The position numbers were made by a program, and so were the translations under genes. 64,000 nt of DNA from Hydrolagus colliei (Eukaryota): positions 47,802,001 to 47,866,000 of the forward strand of contig CM068743.1 in the NCBI GenBank assembly GCA_035084275.1. Reading direction: 5' to 3'. Within the stretch, counting starts at the first letter, position 1, and the number at the start of each line of letters is the position of its first letter. Positions 52,950 to 64,000 of this stretch are shown one piece after another. The notes beneath the pieces are model-generated. The model had not been told where the DNA came from, did no database searches, and saw only the letters and a program-made list of their open reading frames with translations.

Positions 52950-53333
52950 CGATTCACTCCCTCGCATCTCCCTACCTCACCGAATTCCTCAATCCACAAA
53001 TCACCATCCAGAGCGTCCTCTCAACTGGCACCAACCTCCTGCTCTTCCCTCACACCCTCCGTCCCACCATCGGAGGTCGCGATTTCAGCCACTACGCCCC
53101 CAAACTCTGGAACACTCTTCCTCAATGCCTCTGCCATGCTCCTCTGTCCCCCTTTCCAAGACCCACCTGAAAAGCTTCCTCTTCATCCTTCCTCGTGCTT
53201 ATTGTCACCTCCCCTCAACTGCTCGGCCACCTACATCCCCACCCCCTCCCCACTCTGGCTCGGAGTCAGGCTCTGCCACTTGAGATGCGACCCTGTGTGA
53301 AAGGCGCTGTAGAAGTGCAAGTTGTTGTTGTTG
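52950..53333 (+). mobile_element. L2 LINE 3' fragment
   Basis: CAGCCACTACGCCCCCAAACTCTGGAAC; tail GTGAAAGGCGCTGTAGAAGTGCAAGTTGTTGTTG. Confidence 0.75.
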
Positions 53334-53480
53334 CTATGGTGTTTAGTTAAAAGTCAAGAACATAAAATTAAAATGGTCACCATATTCATTTGAAATTCCT
53401 ATTCAACAGTTGTTGAGTTCTACATTAATTCAGATTTTTGTCCTCAAAAATTAAGATGATACAAATTCAGGTTTACTTAC

Positions 53481-53489
53481 TGTAGGTTT
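53481..53489 (-). CDS. Candidate 9-nt microexon AAACCTACA
   Basis: tttaatttgcaaatatttttccacaattctttag|AAACCTACA|gtaagt. 97-nt AG-free upstream zone; no repeat recognised here. Confidence 0.5.
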
Positions 53490-55249
53490 CTAAAGAATTG
53501 TGGAAAAATATTTGCAAATTAAAGACAGTATCGAGGAATTTTATATTAAAAATGTAAGACGAAGACCATGAAAACATTCAGGTTTTCGCTGCCTGGAACT
53601 TCACCTGGTCTAAGCCTTAAGATCATTGTTTTAAAGTTTAAGAAGTTTAAAGTTTGGTATGAGATGTTGAAAAATTCTTACAATTAACCTTAATTTGGAA
53701 AACAATTATAATTAGTTCTTAAAATAATCTGCAAAAAAAATTGAAACTTTCAAAATTTCTGCACCATCATAAATTTTAGGTATTAAGGCAACTGTCAAAT
53801 TATTTCACAACAGTTCCTATTTACTATTGTTGTAATAATTATTTGATATTTATGAATGGTACAAATTGTCAACTACGCAAGTCAGCTGGATCAATGTGTT
53901 GTATAATCTATGTGTTTGTTACATGTGTTTGTTACTTTGACAAATACTACACATGACATATTTAATCTATAGGTCAGTGTAGCATTGCATCAAATCTCTT
54001 TTGCCAAAGATGACTGTTGCTTGAAAATTTACTGAACTATACATGCACATACATAGGGACATCATCAACATTGTCAACCATTGTTGCATTGTCAAAGATG
54101 CCTTTCTCCGGATGAGATATAAAACTGAGGACCTTTCTGCTTGTTTAGGTGGACTTTAGAGATCTCAGGGGATTATTCGAAAAGGGTTTTTCACCTGGTG
54201 TCTAGGTCAATAACCCTGGCCCAAATAAAATTGGTCACTCATTTCGTGATGTTTATCAGTCTCTGCAATGTGCAATCACGCCGTCTGTAAATTCAATTCA
54301 CTTTATAGTATATTCTGTGAAGCACTTTGAGATGTCTAAAAGATGTGAAAAGCACTATATCAAAATCCAAGGATCAAATGCAAGGATTATATAAATAAAG
54401 TCATTTCATTTCACAATAATTCCTCAGAAGTACTTTGAGACTTAATTTTGACATGATGATGTGATATCAAATGCAAGGATTATTTTATTAATTAGTTTAG
54501 CTCATTAAATAATACTGTGTCCCAGTATTATTTTTACACCTGCTGCTTCAACCAAGCTATGGAGTGCATCACACAACAACCAGAACTTGAGGTGCGAACG
54601 ATTGTCTAACATAGATCATTTAACACTGACCGGCACAGATACACCACATGAGTTGGGTGCGCTCAGGTTTGCAGCCGCAATGTCTGTCAATGACATTGAA
54701 TCAAAGATTAAAATCATGGCATTGCTGTTTTAAAGAGTCATTTTGGCATTTGTAATATGCATAAGTTAAATGGTGCATTTAACCCCTGCTTTATGTGTTA
54801 CTTGTATCTCCATTGTGAGCAAGCTTCAGAAATGGGAATGTAAGAAATGATCAAGTTCCCGGTAAGCACAATACTGTAACCTAATGCTTGCACAATTTTA
54901 TTCATATCAGTTGTTGCATTGTCGTCAGCACAAAGCATTCCAGATTTTTTTTTCAAAGTGATTGCATATGAGATCAAACAAGCAATTTAAAAATGAATGT
55001 GTTGTGTTTCCTTTTTTTTCTTTGAATCAACGGAAAATATTTTGGCTTTGTTTGTTTTCACCTTGGCTTTTCTCCCAAACGTAAATGCTCGTGCTATTTT
55101 CTGATTCAGAAAGGCCTGCACTATTTGCATAGTGGAGGCAAATTCAGTACAATTGGAAAAACAAAGATGCAAGGAAAAAGAACGGTGAATCTGCTAAATC
55201 AGTCATTCATTGCTTGTATTGAAATGATTACCAGCATACAGTAAAATTA

Positions 55250-55880
55250 CTTAGGAACATGGGAACAAGAGTAAGCCATTTAATAACAATAATAATCCTT
55301 GCATTTGATATAGCGCTTTTCACATCTTATCGACATCCCAAAGCGCTTCACAGAATATACTGTAAAGTGAATTGACTGTATATATGTGGACGAATCGTGG
55401 CAGCCAATTGCGCACAGCAGTGTCCCACAAACAGTCGTGGATTTAAATGACCAATTTTATTGTTGTGTTTCTTTTTGGATCGATTATTATTAGGCATGTG
55501 GAGTAAGGAAACTTGCCCAAGGTTTTGCCCTGACCTGCCTGGATTCGAACACAGGTCTCCCCAGCTTGGTCTCCCCAGTTTGCAAGACAAGTGCTCTAAC
55601 CACTAAGCCACATGAGCTCCATTTAGCCTCTCAAGGATGTTCCACCAATTATAAAATCATGGCTAATCTGTATCTCAATTGCTCTTGCCTCATGTCGCTC
55701 AATACCTTTAACCTAACAGAATTCTATTCACCTCAGTCTTGAAATTGTGAATGAATCCAGCATGGGGGGAAGAGTTCCAGATCTCTACAACCCTTTTATG
55801 TGAAAACATGCCTCCTGATTTTACTCCTAAATGTTCTGGCTCCAATTTTTAGACTATGCCCCTTGTTCTGGATTACCCCA
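55250..55880 (-). mobile_element. CR1-type LINE 3' end, interrupted by SINE 55283-55619
   Basis: GGAACATGGGAACAAGAGTAAGCCATT... tail; GAGTTCCAGATCTCTACAACCC; CATTTA duplicated on both sides of the SINE. Confidence 0.7.
55283..55619 (-). mobile_element. Dominant SINE, variant with duplicated head segment
   Basis: Reverse: GAGCTC head, CAAACTGGGGAGAC-CAAGCTGGGGAGAC. Confidence 0.9.
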
Positions 55881-56281
55881 CGGCCTAGAGCAATACTGGT
55901 GATTTAGAAGTAAGCCTTGTGAGATGGGCGAATCAGTGGAAAAGAGATTACACTTTCACATTACTCTTACACTAAAGTGATCAGTGGAAATCACTTAAGT
56001 GGAAAAGCTGAACATAGCTGAGAATAAATACACTAATAACAGGTAATGTATTTGACTGGGACGTATTTCATGCAAATTAAACGGACTCCTGCTGTAACTG
56101 GTACTAAGCCTGGCACTGATATCTGATATAGGAATATATAGCCATCAGAACATACAAAACTAGTAAACAAAAAAAACACTTGGCAGTCTTAATGGTCTGA
56201 ACTTCTTCATAACAAATGGCATTCAGTCCCACAAACCTGCAAGATCCACCAATCATCAAAAGTCAATTCAAAAGCTCCTCA

Positions 56282-56545
56282 GAGCTCCTGTGGCTCAGTG
56301 GTTAGAGCACTTGTCTTGCAAATTGGGAGACCAAGCTGGGGAGACCTGTGTTCGAATCCAGGCAGGTCAGGGCGAAACCTTAAAATAAAATTGGTCATTT
56401 CAATCCACGACTGTTTGTGGGACACTGCTGTGCACAATTGGCTGCCGCGATTCGCCCACAAATATATACAGTCAATTCACTTTAGAGTATATTCTGTGAA
56501 GCACTTTGGGACGTTGTATCAAATGCAAGGATCATTATTATTATA
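56282..56545 (+). mobile_element. Dominant SINE, same variant, with an internal deletion
   Basis: GAGCTC head, CAAATTGGGAGAC-CAAGCTGGGGAGAC. Confidence 0.9.
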
Positions 56546-57048
56546 AAAGGCCAATGTTGTGATCATTGATTTCAACCAGTTGTTGGTTATTTCTGACCTT
56601 GACTGCATTTATCAACTATGTGATGAATGGCTCACATGGCTGACTCCTATCTCACCAGCATTGCTCCAAGCAATCAGATATTAAACTAGCTGTAACAAGT
56701 AGCCAGTGAAGGAGATTCTCTAATGGCATTGTGATTGACAGGTATGGAACCATGAAAGTGTCATGCTATAAAATTGGACCATGGAGTAAACGTGGTGAGA
56801 TGAATGGAATGGTTAACATTGGTAATGGCAGCAGAGAGGCTTGGTGATATGGGAGGGACAACAAGTCTCAATCACAATCAGATAAACTTTGACTAGTTCG
56901 GCTGGGTCAAAAGCCTGAATAATGGGTCTGCAACAGGGAATACTGAGAGTGGTGAGCATGTAACAATAATAAGAAGAATCCTTGCATTTAATACAATGCT
57001 TTTCACATCTTCTAGACATCTCAAAGAGCTTCACAGAATATACTGTAA

Positions 57049-57583
57049 ACAACAACAACTTTGATTTATATAGCACCCTCCACGCCGGATGGCTTCTCAG
57101 AGTGCTTCATAATAGCAGATCCTGGGACCGAACCAGGGGTAGAGGTAGAAAGGTGACCAAAGGTGTGGTCGGAGAGAAAGGTCGTCAGCTGGGACCTGAA
57201 ACTGAGAAAGGAGGGGGCAAAACGGAGGTAGTGAGGAAGGGAATTCCAGAGCCTCGGGGCGTAGTGGCTAAAGGCACGGCCGCCGAGGGTGGAGTGGAGG
57301 ACTCGGGGGACATGGAGGAAGCCAGACCCAGAGGAGCGAAGGCAGCGGGTGCTGGGTTGGGGGGAGAGGAGGTCAGAGAGGTAGGGGGGTGCAGAGGAGT
57401 GGAGGGATTTGAAAACCAGGGTGAGGATCTTGAAGTCGATCCTCTCGGGGATAGGGAGCCAGTGAAGTCTGGCAAGGACTGGGGTAATGGGGGAGCGAAG
57501 TTTGGTGCAGGTGAGTATGCAGGCGGCAGAGTTTTGGATGAGTTGGATTTTATGGATTGTGGTGGAGGGGAGACTGGCGAGGA
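57049..57583 (-). mobile_element. Young L2 LINE 3' fragment
   Basis: Uninterrupted frame KIQLIQNSAACILT..PITPVLARLHWLPIPERIDFKILTLVFKSLHSSAPPYLSDLL; (GTT)n tail; splits a SINE at TACTGTAAA|GTGAATTG. Confidence 0.9.
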
Positions 57584-57652
57584 GTGAATTGATTGTATCT
57601 TTGTGGGTGTAACCGGGTAGCAATGATGCCCAGCACCAGTATCTTTTCTTAC

Positions 57653-57661
57653 CTTGGCAAT
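57653..57661 (-). CDS. Candidate 9-nt microexon ATTGCCAAG
   Basis: cttacttctaacatgctctag|ATTGCCAAG|gtaaga. 64-nt AG-free, pyrimidine-rich upstream zone; UGC just upstream of the AG. Confidence 0.3.
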
Positions 57662-58079
57662 CTAGAGCATGTTAGAAGTAAGATGACCATTTGAGAAGGT
57701 AGAAGGGTCAAGGAAGGGAAGTGATGACTGTTGAAAGGAATAATTACTGAGAAGAAAGAGTTGACAATTCAGCTAACCTGTGGCTATAAATCCACAGCTG
57801 TTAGCAGAAGAGACAATTCATATTCACTGCTGGTGGTGAAAGTTTATCATAGAAGAATCCCATTTTATTTGATAAGATGATTTATCATGTAAATGTTAAA
57901 ACTTACATGTTCTATTGTAACTTCATCATTGATGTATATTAAAGGCTACAATCATTTTAGTTTATAGTCAAATGCCTTGAGATATGTCACAGTATATTAG
58001 TATATTAGCCTTTGCAAACATCTTTACATTGAGTGTAAATGTTCACGGCACAATCAATCAACAAGCACACACAAATTAT

Positions 58080-58605
58080 TTTCTTTTTTCACCTTCAATA
58101 ATGGAAAATCCTTCACATAGTGTGCGTGTGTTTGCAGTTTCCTGTTCCAACATGCATTACCTTGCATTTATCCACATTAAAAACCTTCTGCCATTCATTA
58201 TCCCATCTGCTTATTTGGCCCAGATCTTCTTTAGTGTTATTTTCCTTCCTTATATTTGTCACCTGGCCACAAAGTATCAGCAGATTTTATGGTATTACAA
58301 ATAGTTCTCTGCTCCAAGTCAGTTATGAAGAGTGTGAACAGCAGGGGCACAGAACAGACCCCTGTGGAACTCTACTAGTTTGGTCCATTGCCAGAGCCTT
58401 TTCCATTTATCATCACCTCCTGTTTCCTATTCCCAAGCCTGTTTCCAATCCTGTCAGCTAATTTGCCATTAGTTCCATAAACTTTTTTTTATACGTATCA
58501 CATGTGGAGCTTTATCAGATGCTTTCTGAAAATCATGGTAGATTATGCCCACAATATATCCCCCGGCCATACGTTTAGTTATCTCCCCAAACGGTTCCAG
58601 CATAA
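58080..58605 (-). mobile_element. CR1-clade LINE RT fragment
   Basis: Minus strand IIYHDFQKASDKAPH, SRVPQGSVL, WQKVFNVDKCKVMH. Confidence 0.8.
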
Positions 58606-60317
58606 ACTATTGTTTCAAAATCCATTCTGAACACTCATCATCATTTCTCTACTCACTAAATGAATATTTGTCATATTGTGTATAATAATTTCAGGCATTT
58701 TCCCCACCATGCTGATTCTATAATGAAAAATAATATAAACGGCTATTGTAAAAAAGTGGGGCATCGAGATTATAGTAGTTCCATCTATTGGATTAGCTAA
58801 CACCATCTTTGTCTTGATAAATTCATAGTCTTCTTCTATTGTATAATTTCTAGAATTCTATGTTATGCCAACAGATCTATAATTTCCGATTTATGCCTCA
58901 TTGCTTTTCTGAATGTCGTCATAACATTTCAGCACAGCATAACATTGGCTGCGCGATCGGCCTACACTACACAATCCCTACTCTTAACACTAATTACTGT
59001 GAAACATGTTTCAATGTTATAGATGTAAATCAAATGCAACCACTAACTATTAAGATTTATTATCTTGTGTAGAGTAATGTGTGACATTTTAACATACTCT
59101 GAACACTCTAAATATTTGTTATTCTCTTCTTATTTTGCATTTACCAACTTCATTGGTGGCCATTAATGAAAGAAAAATATCTGTTCTAAACGTATACTGG
59201 TAGAATCAATAAATTTACCAGCAATAGGGAATAATCCATTGTACTGCATTGAAACATTTTCTTTATCCCATCACTTGAAATACCAAAGGAAAATATATCA
59301 CTTTCCTGGCAATGTGGAAACTATTGGAGCATCTAAAGAAGGCTCCAGAAGCATGCCTGTTGCTTCGCTATCTGCAGAAGAGCCAGTAATGATAACAATA
59401 AACCTGCACTTATATACAGTACTGACTTTCACATAGATAAACATCTCAAAGGGCTTTTGAGACTGCGTGTGAACCTAACTAGGATCAGGAAAACTGGGTT
59501 GTCATGGAAATGACTGAAGGTCCTACACCTCAAATTAGGCACTCAGTTTCACAAGACCTGGACTTGGAAGTTGTTGTTTGCTATTGCCAGCTGATCTAAG
59601 GGAGAGGGTACCAAAAGAGTTTGGTTAGGATGGAGGTGATGGCCGTATGAGATCTGGTGAAAGTTGCAACTCAGGCTGCTGAGATCTAGATGAGTTGAGG
59701 TCCATGAAGGATAGAGCCTCAAGTGAAATGAAATTGATTTCGGTTTTTCACACTAAAATGTTGCTTTAGTAAATTGATGATTTTTCAGAGTAGATGCCTT
59801 GCTTGTTAAAAGTCTTGCTCTTTAAGGTGTAACTGCAGCTGATATGCACTTAATTTCAGTTTTGTTTCAATGCATTTTCCTGTTCTCACTGCTATATATT
59901 TATTTTTAATGATGTTAACATATGCACTATAGTTCTGTATAAAATGCAAGCTTTTCATGAGGATGCGTGCTTTACAGAATCGGTAATTTCTGCTTTCATG
60001 AAAATTCTCTGTGCTGGAAGTTAATTTGCTCCTGACATAAATGATTAGTGAGTAGGTCTGCCTTATCACATGCTGGGTTTCTGCCTCTGCTGTCAAAGGC
60101 ACTTGATATCCCCTGTGGTGTAAATGGCAAAGAACTTCATTACTGACATTCATATGCTTCTTTTCTTAATTAAGCTGCAGTAACTTTGAAGTTGCGGTTA
60201 CTGATTTGCAGCTGATCATGTGGAGCATGTTCTGTATGTAAGCAGACATGAAATTTCCATCTTGTCAACGTTGATAGATTTTGATGTTAGTACAGCTTTG
60301 AGTTGAGTCCTGAATTT

Positions 60318-60376
60318 TTAATGTTCTTCAGCACATCTAATGTCAAACCCGCTCTCTTGTTCCTGAAGGGATGGAC
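60318..60376 (-). CDS. Probable (alternative) terminal coding exon: GPSLQEQESGFDIRCAEEH*, followed by putative 3' UTR
   Basis: Acceptor tattttccatcatctattttcag|GTCC. Joined to the phase-1 end of 61343-61407 it reads to TAA at 60320-60318. Minus-strand AATAAA at 59904-59899 and 59061-59056. Confidence 0.55.
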
Positions 60377-60983
60377 CTGAAAATAGATGATGGAAAATAT
60401 TTATACATTTAAGCTAGTACAGTCGCAAGAGAACAACAAAATAACATTAGAATACAAAATGAGACTGTTTGAACATCAATAATATTTTTGCAGTGCACTG
60501 CTGTGGAAAGGCAATGAAAACCGGTGGGCCTGTTTTGTGATTCAGTGAAAAATGTCTTTCTCGTGAGGTAGTAAGTGAACTTTGATATTTGAATTTAATG
60601 GAACGAACTTCACTGAGTGCAGACTTAAAGGCAAAGCTATGCAGATACTAATTGTGTACATATAATTAAATGCAAATGAAAGGATAACTATTGTTTTTAC
60701 ACATGATTATGGGTGGAGTGGGAAGTTGGGAGAAGCTTTGGTTGAAGTACACAATTTATTCGGGTAAAATTAAACTGAAGATCAAACCTTTGCGAATTAC
60801 GAGAATAACACAATTTTAATTATAACACTTTTTGAAATGTAATAATTAAAACAAACAACTAAAATCCAGAACTTTCTGCCTTTTGAATGTGAATGTTGTT
60901 TCCTAGATCCATCCACAATAAGACGCAACATTTATGATATTCCTTAATGCAGTTCTTGTTTAATTAGTACAAAGAACAAAGTG

Positions 60984-61284
60984 GGGTCTTCTAACTCAGT
61001 GGTTAGAGCACTCGCCTTACAAGTGTGAGACATGTATTCAAATCCAGGTTGGGCAAAACCTTGGGCAAGTTTCCTTACTCTACGTGCCTAATAATAATCC
61101 GTCCAAAAAAAAACAACAATAAAAAAATTGATCATTTCAATCGACGACTGTTTTGCACAATTGGCTGCTGCGTTCTGCCCACAAATATACAATCAAATTC
61201 ACTTTACAGTACATTCTGGGAAGTGCTTTGAGACAACTAGAGGTAATGAAAAGCGCTATCAAATGCAAGGATTATTATTATTAT
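60984..61284 (+). mobile_element. Dominant SINE, full length, in the 61343/60376 intron
   Basis: Head, body and (TTA)n tail. Confidence 0.85.
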
Positions 61285-61342
61285 TTATAAAGCATACGAT
61301 ATAGAAGACTTCATATTTTCGTCCTGTTTCTTAATAGCTTAC

Positions 61343-61407
61343 CTGTAATTGTCGCATTGCTCCGAGACTCCGGTCTCTGCAGGAAACTTCTCTCATTCAA
61401 GTGGCCT
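61343..61407 (-). CDS. Internal coding exon (65 nt) of an unidentified minus-strand gene; (x)GHLNERSFLQRPESRSNATIT
   Basis: Minus strand reads ctgattctttctctgtctag|AGGCCAC...ATTACAG|gtaagc. Strong acceptor and donor, only one open frame (phase 2 in, phase 1 out), unique CpG-retaining sequence. Confidence 0.75.
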
Positions 61408-61659
61408 CTAGACAGAGAAAGAATCAGTGTAAATGATCAGTTTCTGGTGTAAGTCAGGAACACAATTGTAAGTCCATAAGTGGAGTTTTAACTCAGTTAT
61501 ATCCTGAACACAACTGATATGTGTTTCAGTTATTCGAATGGCTACCATACACTCCATTTTTCACTGTAGTAACTAATTTAAATTTTCAAATTTGCTGGTA
61601 GAATGCTGTAAGTAAATGGGTCGGGTAGGCTGGTTTCCTGTTAAAAAAAACCTTCAGTA

Positions 61660-62900
61660 ATTTTATGATAAGCAGGGAATTTGCAATGGATATTATGAAT
61701 GTGTGCGTGAGGGTCTCACCTGTCTGTGGTGTGAGGCAATAATGGAATGGTGGAGTCAGGTGCTGTTGTGGAGGCGGGGGAATGTGGACCAGGTCATGGC
61801 ACGGATGTGGGGTAGGATGGATAGTTGAGGGTTCAACAAGATGCCAGGGTTCTGGACTGGCTCAATGAGGTGGAGTGTGCATTCCTTGGATGGTGATGCT
61901 GTCAGTGCCTGGTGTGGGAGGCACTGATGGGAGCCAATCAGGAGGGCCTCAATCTCCTTGACGATCAATTATAGAAACTTACGTCTCATCCAGGACTTCA
62001 TGTCTGACAAATATTCGGTCAGGACAGTGGTGATCGTGGAATTGAGGGTAGAGGCAGAGAGATAGAGTTAGGTATCATCCGCATATGTGGAAATTCACCC
62101 CATGTCGGCAGATATCACCAAGATGGAGCATATAATGAAGAGGAGGGGACCAAGTACAGAGTCCTGAGGAACATCCCACAAGATGGTACAGGAGCTAGAG
62201 GAGAAACCATTTGTAAAGATTATGCGAATATATGTGAGAGGTAGGATAATAAAAATAATCCTTGTATTTGATATAGTACCTTATCACATCTTCAAAACGC
62301 CTCAAAGCACTTCACAGAATATACTGTATAGTGAATTGACTGTATATTTTGTAGTCAAAACAACAACATGTGTCCCACAAACAGTCATAGATTGAAGTGA
62401 TCAATTTATTATTATTTCTTGAAGGAATTATTACCACCAGAAAAGAGATCCACTAATCGACTAATAACTAGATTCCTACTAACTGCTAGGTAAACTGGGC
62501 GTGTGGATTATGGAAACTTTTCTCCCTGCCGTGAATTGAACCCCGATGTCCCACTTACGAGGCAAATGCACCATCCACTGAGCTACAGGACTCTACAGGA
62601 TCTCAGCAGGAGACTAGGATGGTTGAGATGAGAGAAGAGGCGATGGAGGAGGACAGAGTGGTCAATGGTATCGAAGGCAGGAGGGAGTTCAAGGATAATG
62701 GGGAGGCCGAAGGCATCCTGGTTACTTTGCTCAAAGCTGTTTCTGTGCGGTGGGTGGTACGGAAACCCAATTGGAGGTATTGTGAAGGGAGTAGCGAGTG
62801 AAGAAGAAGCAAAACTGGGAAGCAACAACTCATTCCAGGACATGGAAAGGATAGTGAGGTTGGAGATGGGGCAGTAATTTGAGAGCAGGGATGGATCCAT
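61660..62900 (-). mobile_element. Decayed L2 RT fragment interrupted by a SINE
   Basis: DPSLLSNYCPISNL, GFRTTHRTETAL, AFDTIDHSVLL; PQDSVLG-like and YADD-like segments near 62070-62180. Confidence 0.8.
62246..62593 (-). mobile_element. Dominant SINE, long subtype, inserted in L2
   Basis: Reverse head GAGCTACAGGACTC. Confidence 0.85.
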
Positions 62901-62974
62901 AAAAGGTTTATTTTAAAGATAAGACTGATGATGGCTATTTATAAAGAGGGTAGGGCAATGAACAGGAAGAGGTT

Positions 62975-63430
62975 TATGATGTCTGCAAGTAGGGTGAAGG
63001 TCTTCAGGCGCAATCTGAAGATGAGGAAAGAAGGAGGCAAAGCGATAGAGGAAGAGTTTTCCAGAGTTTTGGAGCATAATAGCTGAAAGCACGGTCACCA
63101 ATGCTGGAACAGAGGGCACAACAGACATGCTGGAGGCCAGTTGAGTGGAAGCAGCTAGTAGTGGGTTTATGAGTAAGCAGGCTGGAGAGGTAGGCATGTG
63201 CTTGGGCATTAAGGGATTTGAAAACAAGTGTGAGGATCTTAAAATTGATCTATTCAGTGATAAAGAGCCAATGGAGCCTGTATAGAACTGGTGTGATGGT
63301 GGTACAGACTTTAATTCATTTTGTGGATGGTTGAGCTGGAGAGATCATCAAGAAGGGCATTTGTACAGTCATGATGGGAGGTAACGAACACATGGATGAA
63401 TGTTTTGGCTTTGAAATAGAATGATGGTAC
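62975..63430 (-). mobile_element. L2 3' fragment
   Basis: AKTFIHVFVTSHHDCTNALL; similarity to the other L2 3' ends. Confidence 0.7.
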
Positions 63431-63459
63431 GAGCTTGTGTGTCTGCGTGTATTGGCATT

Positions 63460-63498
63460 TGTGTGTGTGTCTGTGTGTGTCTCTGGCTCTCTCTCTCT
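63460..63498. repeat. Compound (TG)n(TC)n microsatellite
   Basis: Directly visible. Confidence 0.7.
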
Positions 63499-63659
63499 GA
63501 ATTTGCAATATAACTGCTCAGTCAGAGACAAGATAAGCTGTTTATTTTTGTGAAATGAATATCCATTCATTCTTTAATTATCCAGTGGCACGTGTGAGTG
63601 TGTCATAGAGGTCAATATTATTAATGCATCAATATTACTTTAATTATCCTGTAGTGTGG

Positions 63660-63990
63660 CAGATAAGTAATGTACCCAATGGCAGCACTGCTCTCTCACT
63701 GCTTTATTTTGTTTGTCTATGTCCACTAATTCAATCAGTCAAAGAAAGAGCAAATACATTTTCCTGCCAATTTTACATCTGCCTGTTCAGGTGGAAGTTA
63801 AGGATTTTATGATATTATTTTAAAGGAGGAAGGAGGGGTTTCTCCCAGTGTCCTGGCCATCGATGCTCTTGACAAATTGATAATTTGTTTCATGCCTGTT
63901 CGTGGGACCTCAATGAATGCAAAATAGCTCCCGCTCTACAATAAATTCATCACTGTTGAATGAAAAACATTTTGAGATATTGCAACATGA
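63660..63990 (+). mobile_element. Deu-domain SINE, decayed
   Basis: TCTGCCTGTTCAGGTGGA..GGGGTTTCTCCCAGTGTCCTGGCCA core. Confidence 0.6.
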
Positions 63991-64000
63991 TACAGTTCTA

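Noticed and set aside
57066-57623. 185-aa ORF as a host gene
   Set aside because: It is the L2 ORF2 C-terminus, also present at ~41435 and ~32600; its first codons come from SINE sequence.
1-64000. CRISPR arrays, operons, prokaryotic or phage systems
   Set aside because: No regularly spaced repeat-spacer array and no gene-dense coding. The repeats are dispersed vertebrate SINEs/LINEs.

Overview
Eukaryotic, repeat-rich vertebrate DNA, not prokaryotic. The repeat content (Deu-domain/SacSINE1-like SINEs, a very abundant tRNA-headed SINE with a (TTA)n tail, L2 and CR1 LINEs, Penelope elements) points to a cartilaginous fish, possibly a chimaera; this is inferred from remembered consensus sequences, not from a search. 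Most of the window looks like long introns of a minus-strand gene that I cannot name. It has a 65-nt internal exon (61343-61407), a probable alternative terminal exon (acceptor at 60376, stop 60320-60318) and a 127-nt exon (25106-25232). Between them lie two 9-nt microexon candidates (57653-57661, 53481-53489). Other notable items: an intact 947-bp non-autonomous hAT element with a G-quadruplex-type minisatellite, an internally deleted Tigger/pogo transposon, MITEs, Penelope copies with decayed hammerhead-ribozyme motifs, and several inverted repeats. Almost all ORFs in the supplied track are spurious or retroelement debris. I cannot support a wholly new multi-gene system. The best leads are the splicing architecture and the structured repeats. 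Repeat boundaries are approximate unless terminal repeats or target-site duplications are quoted.
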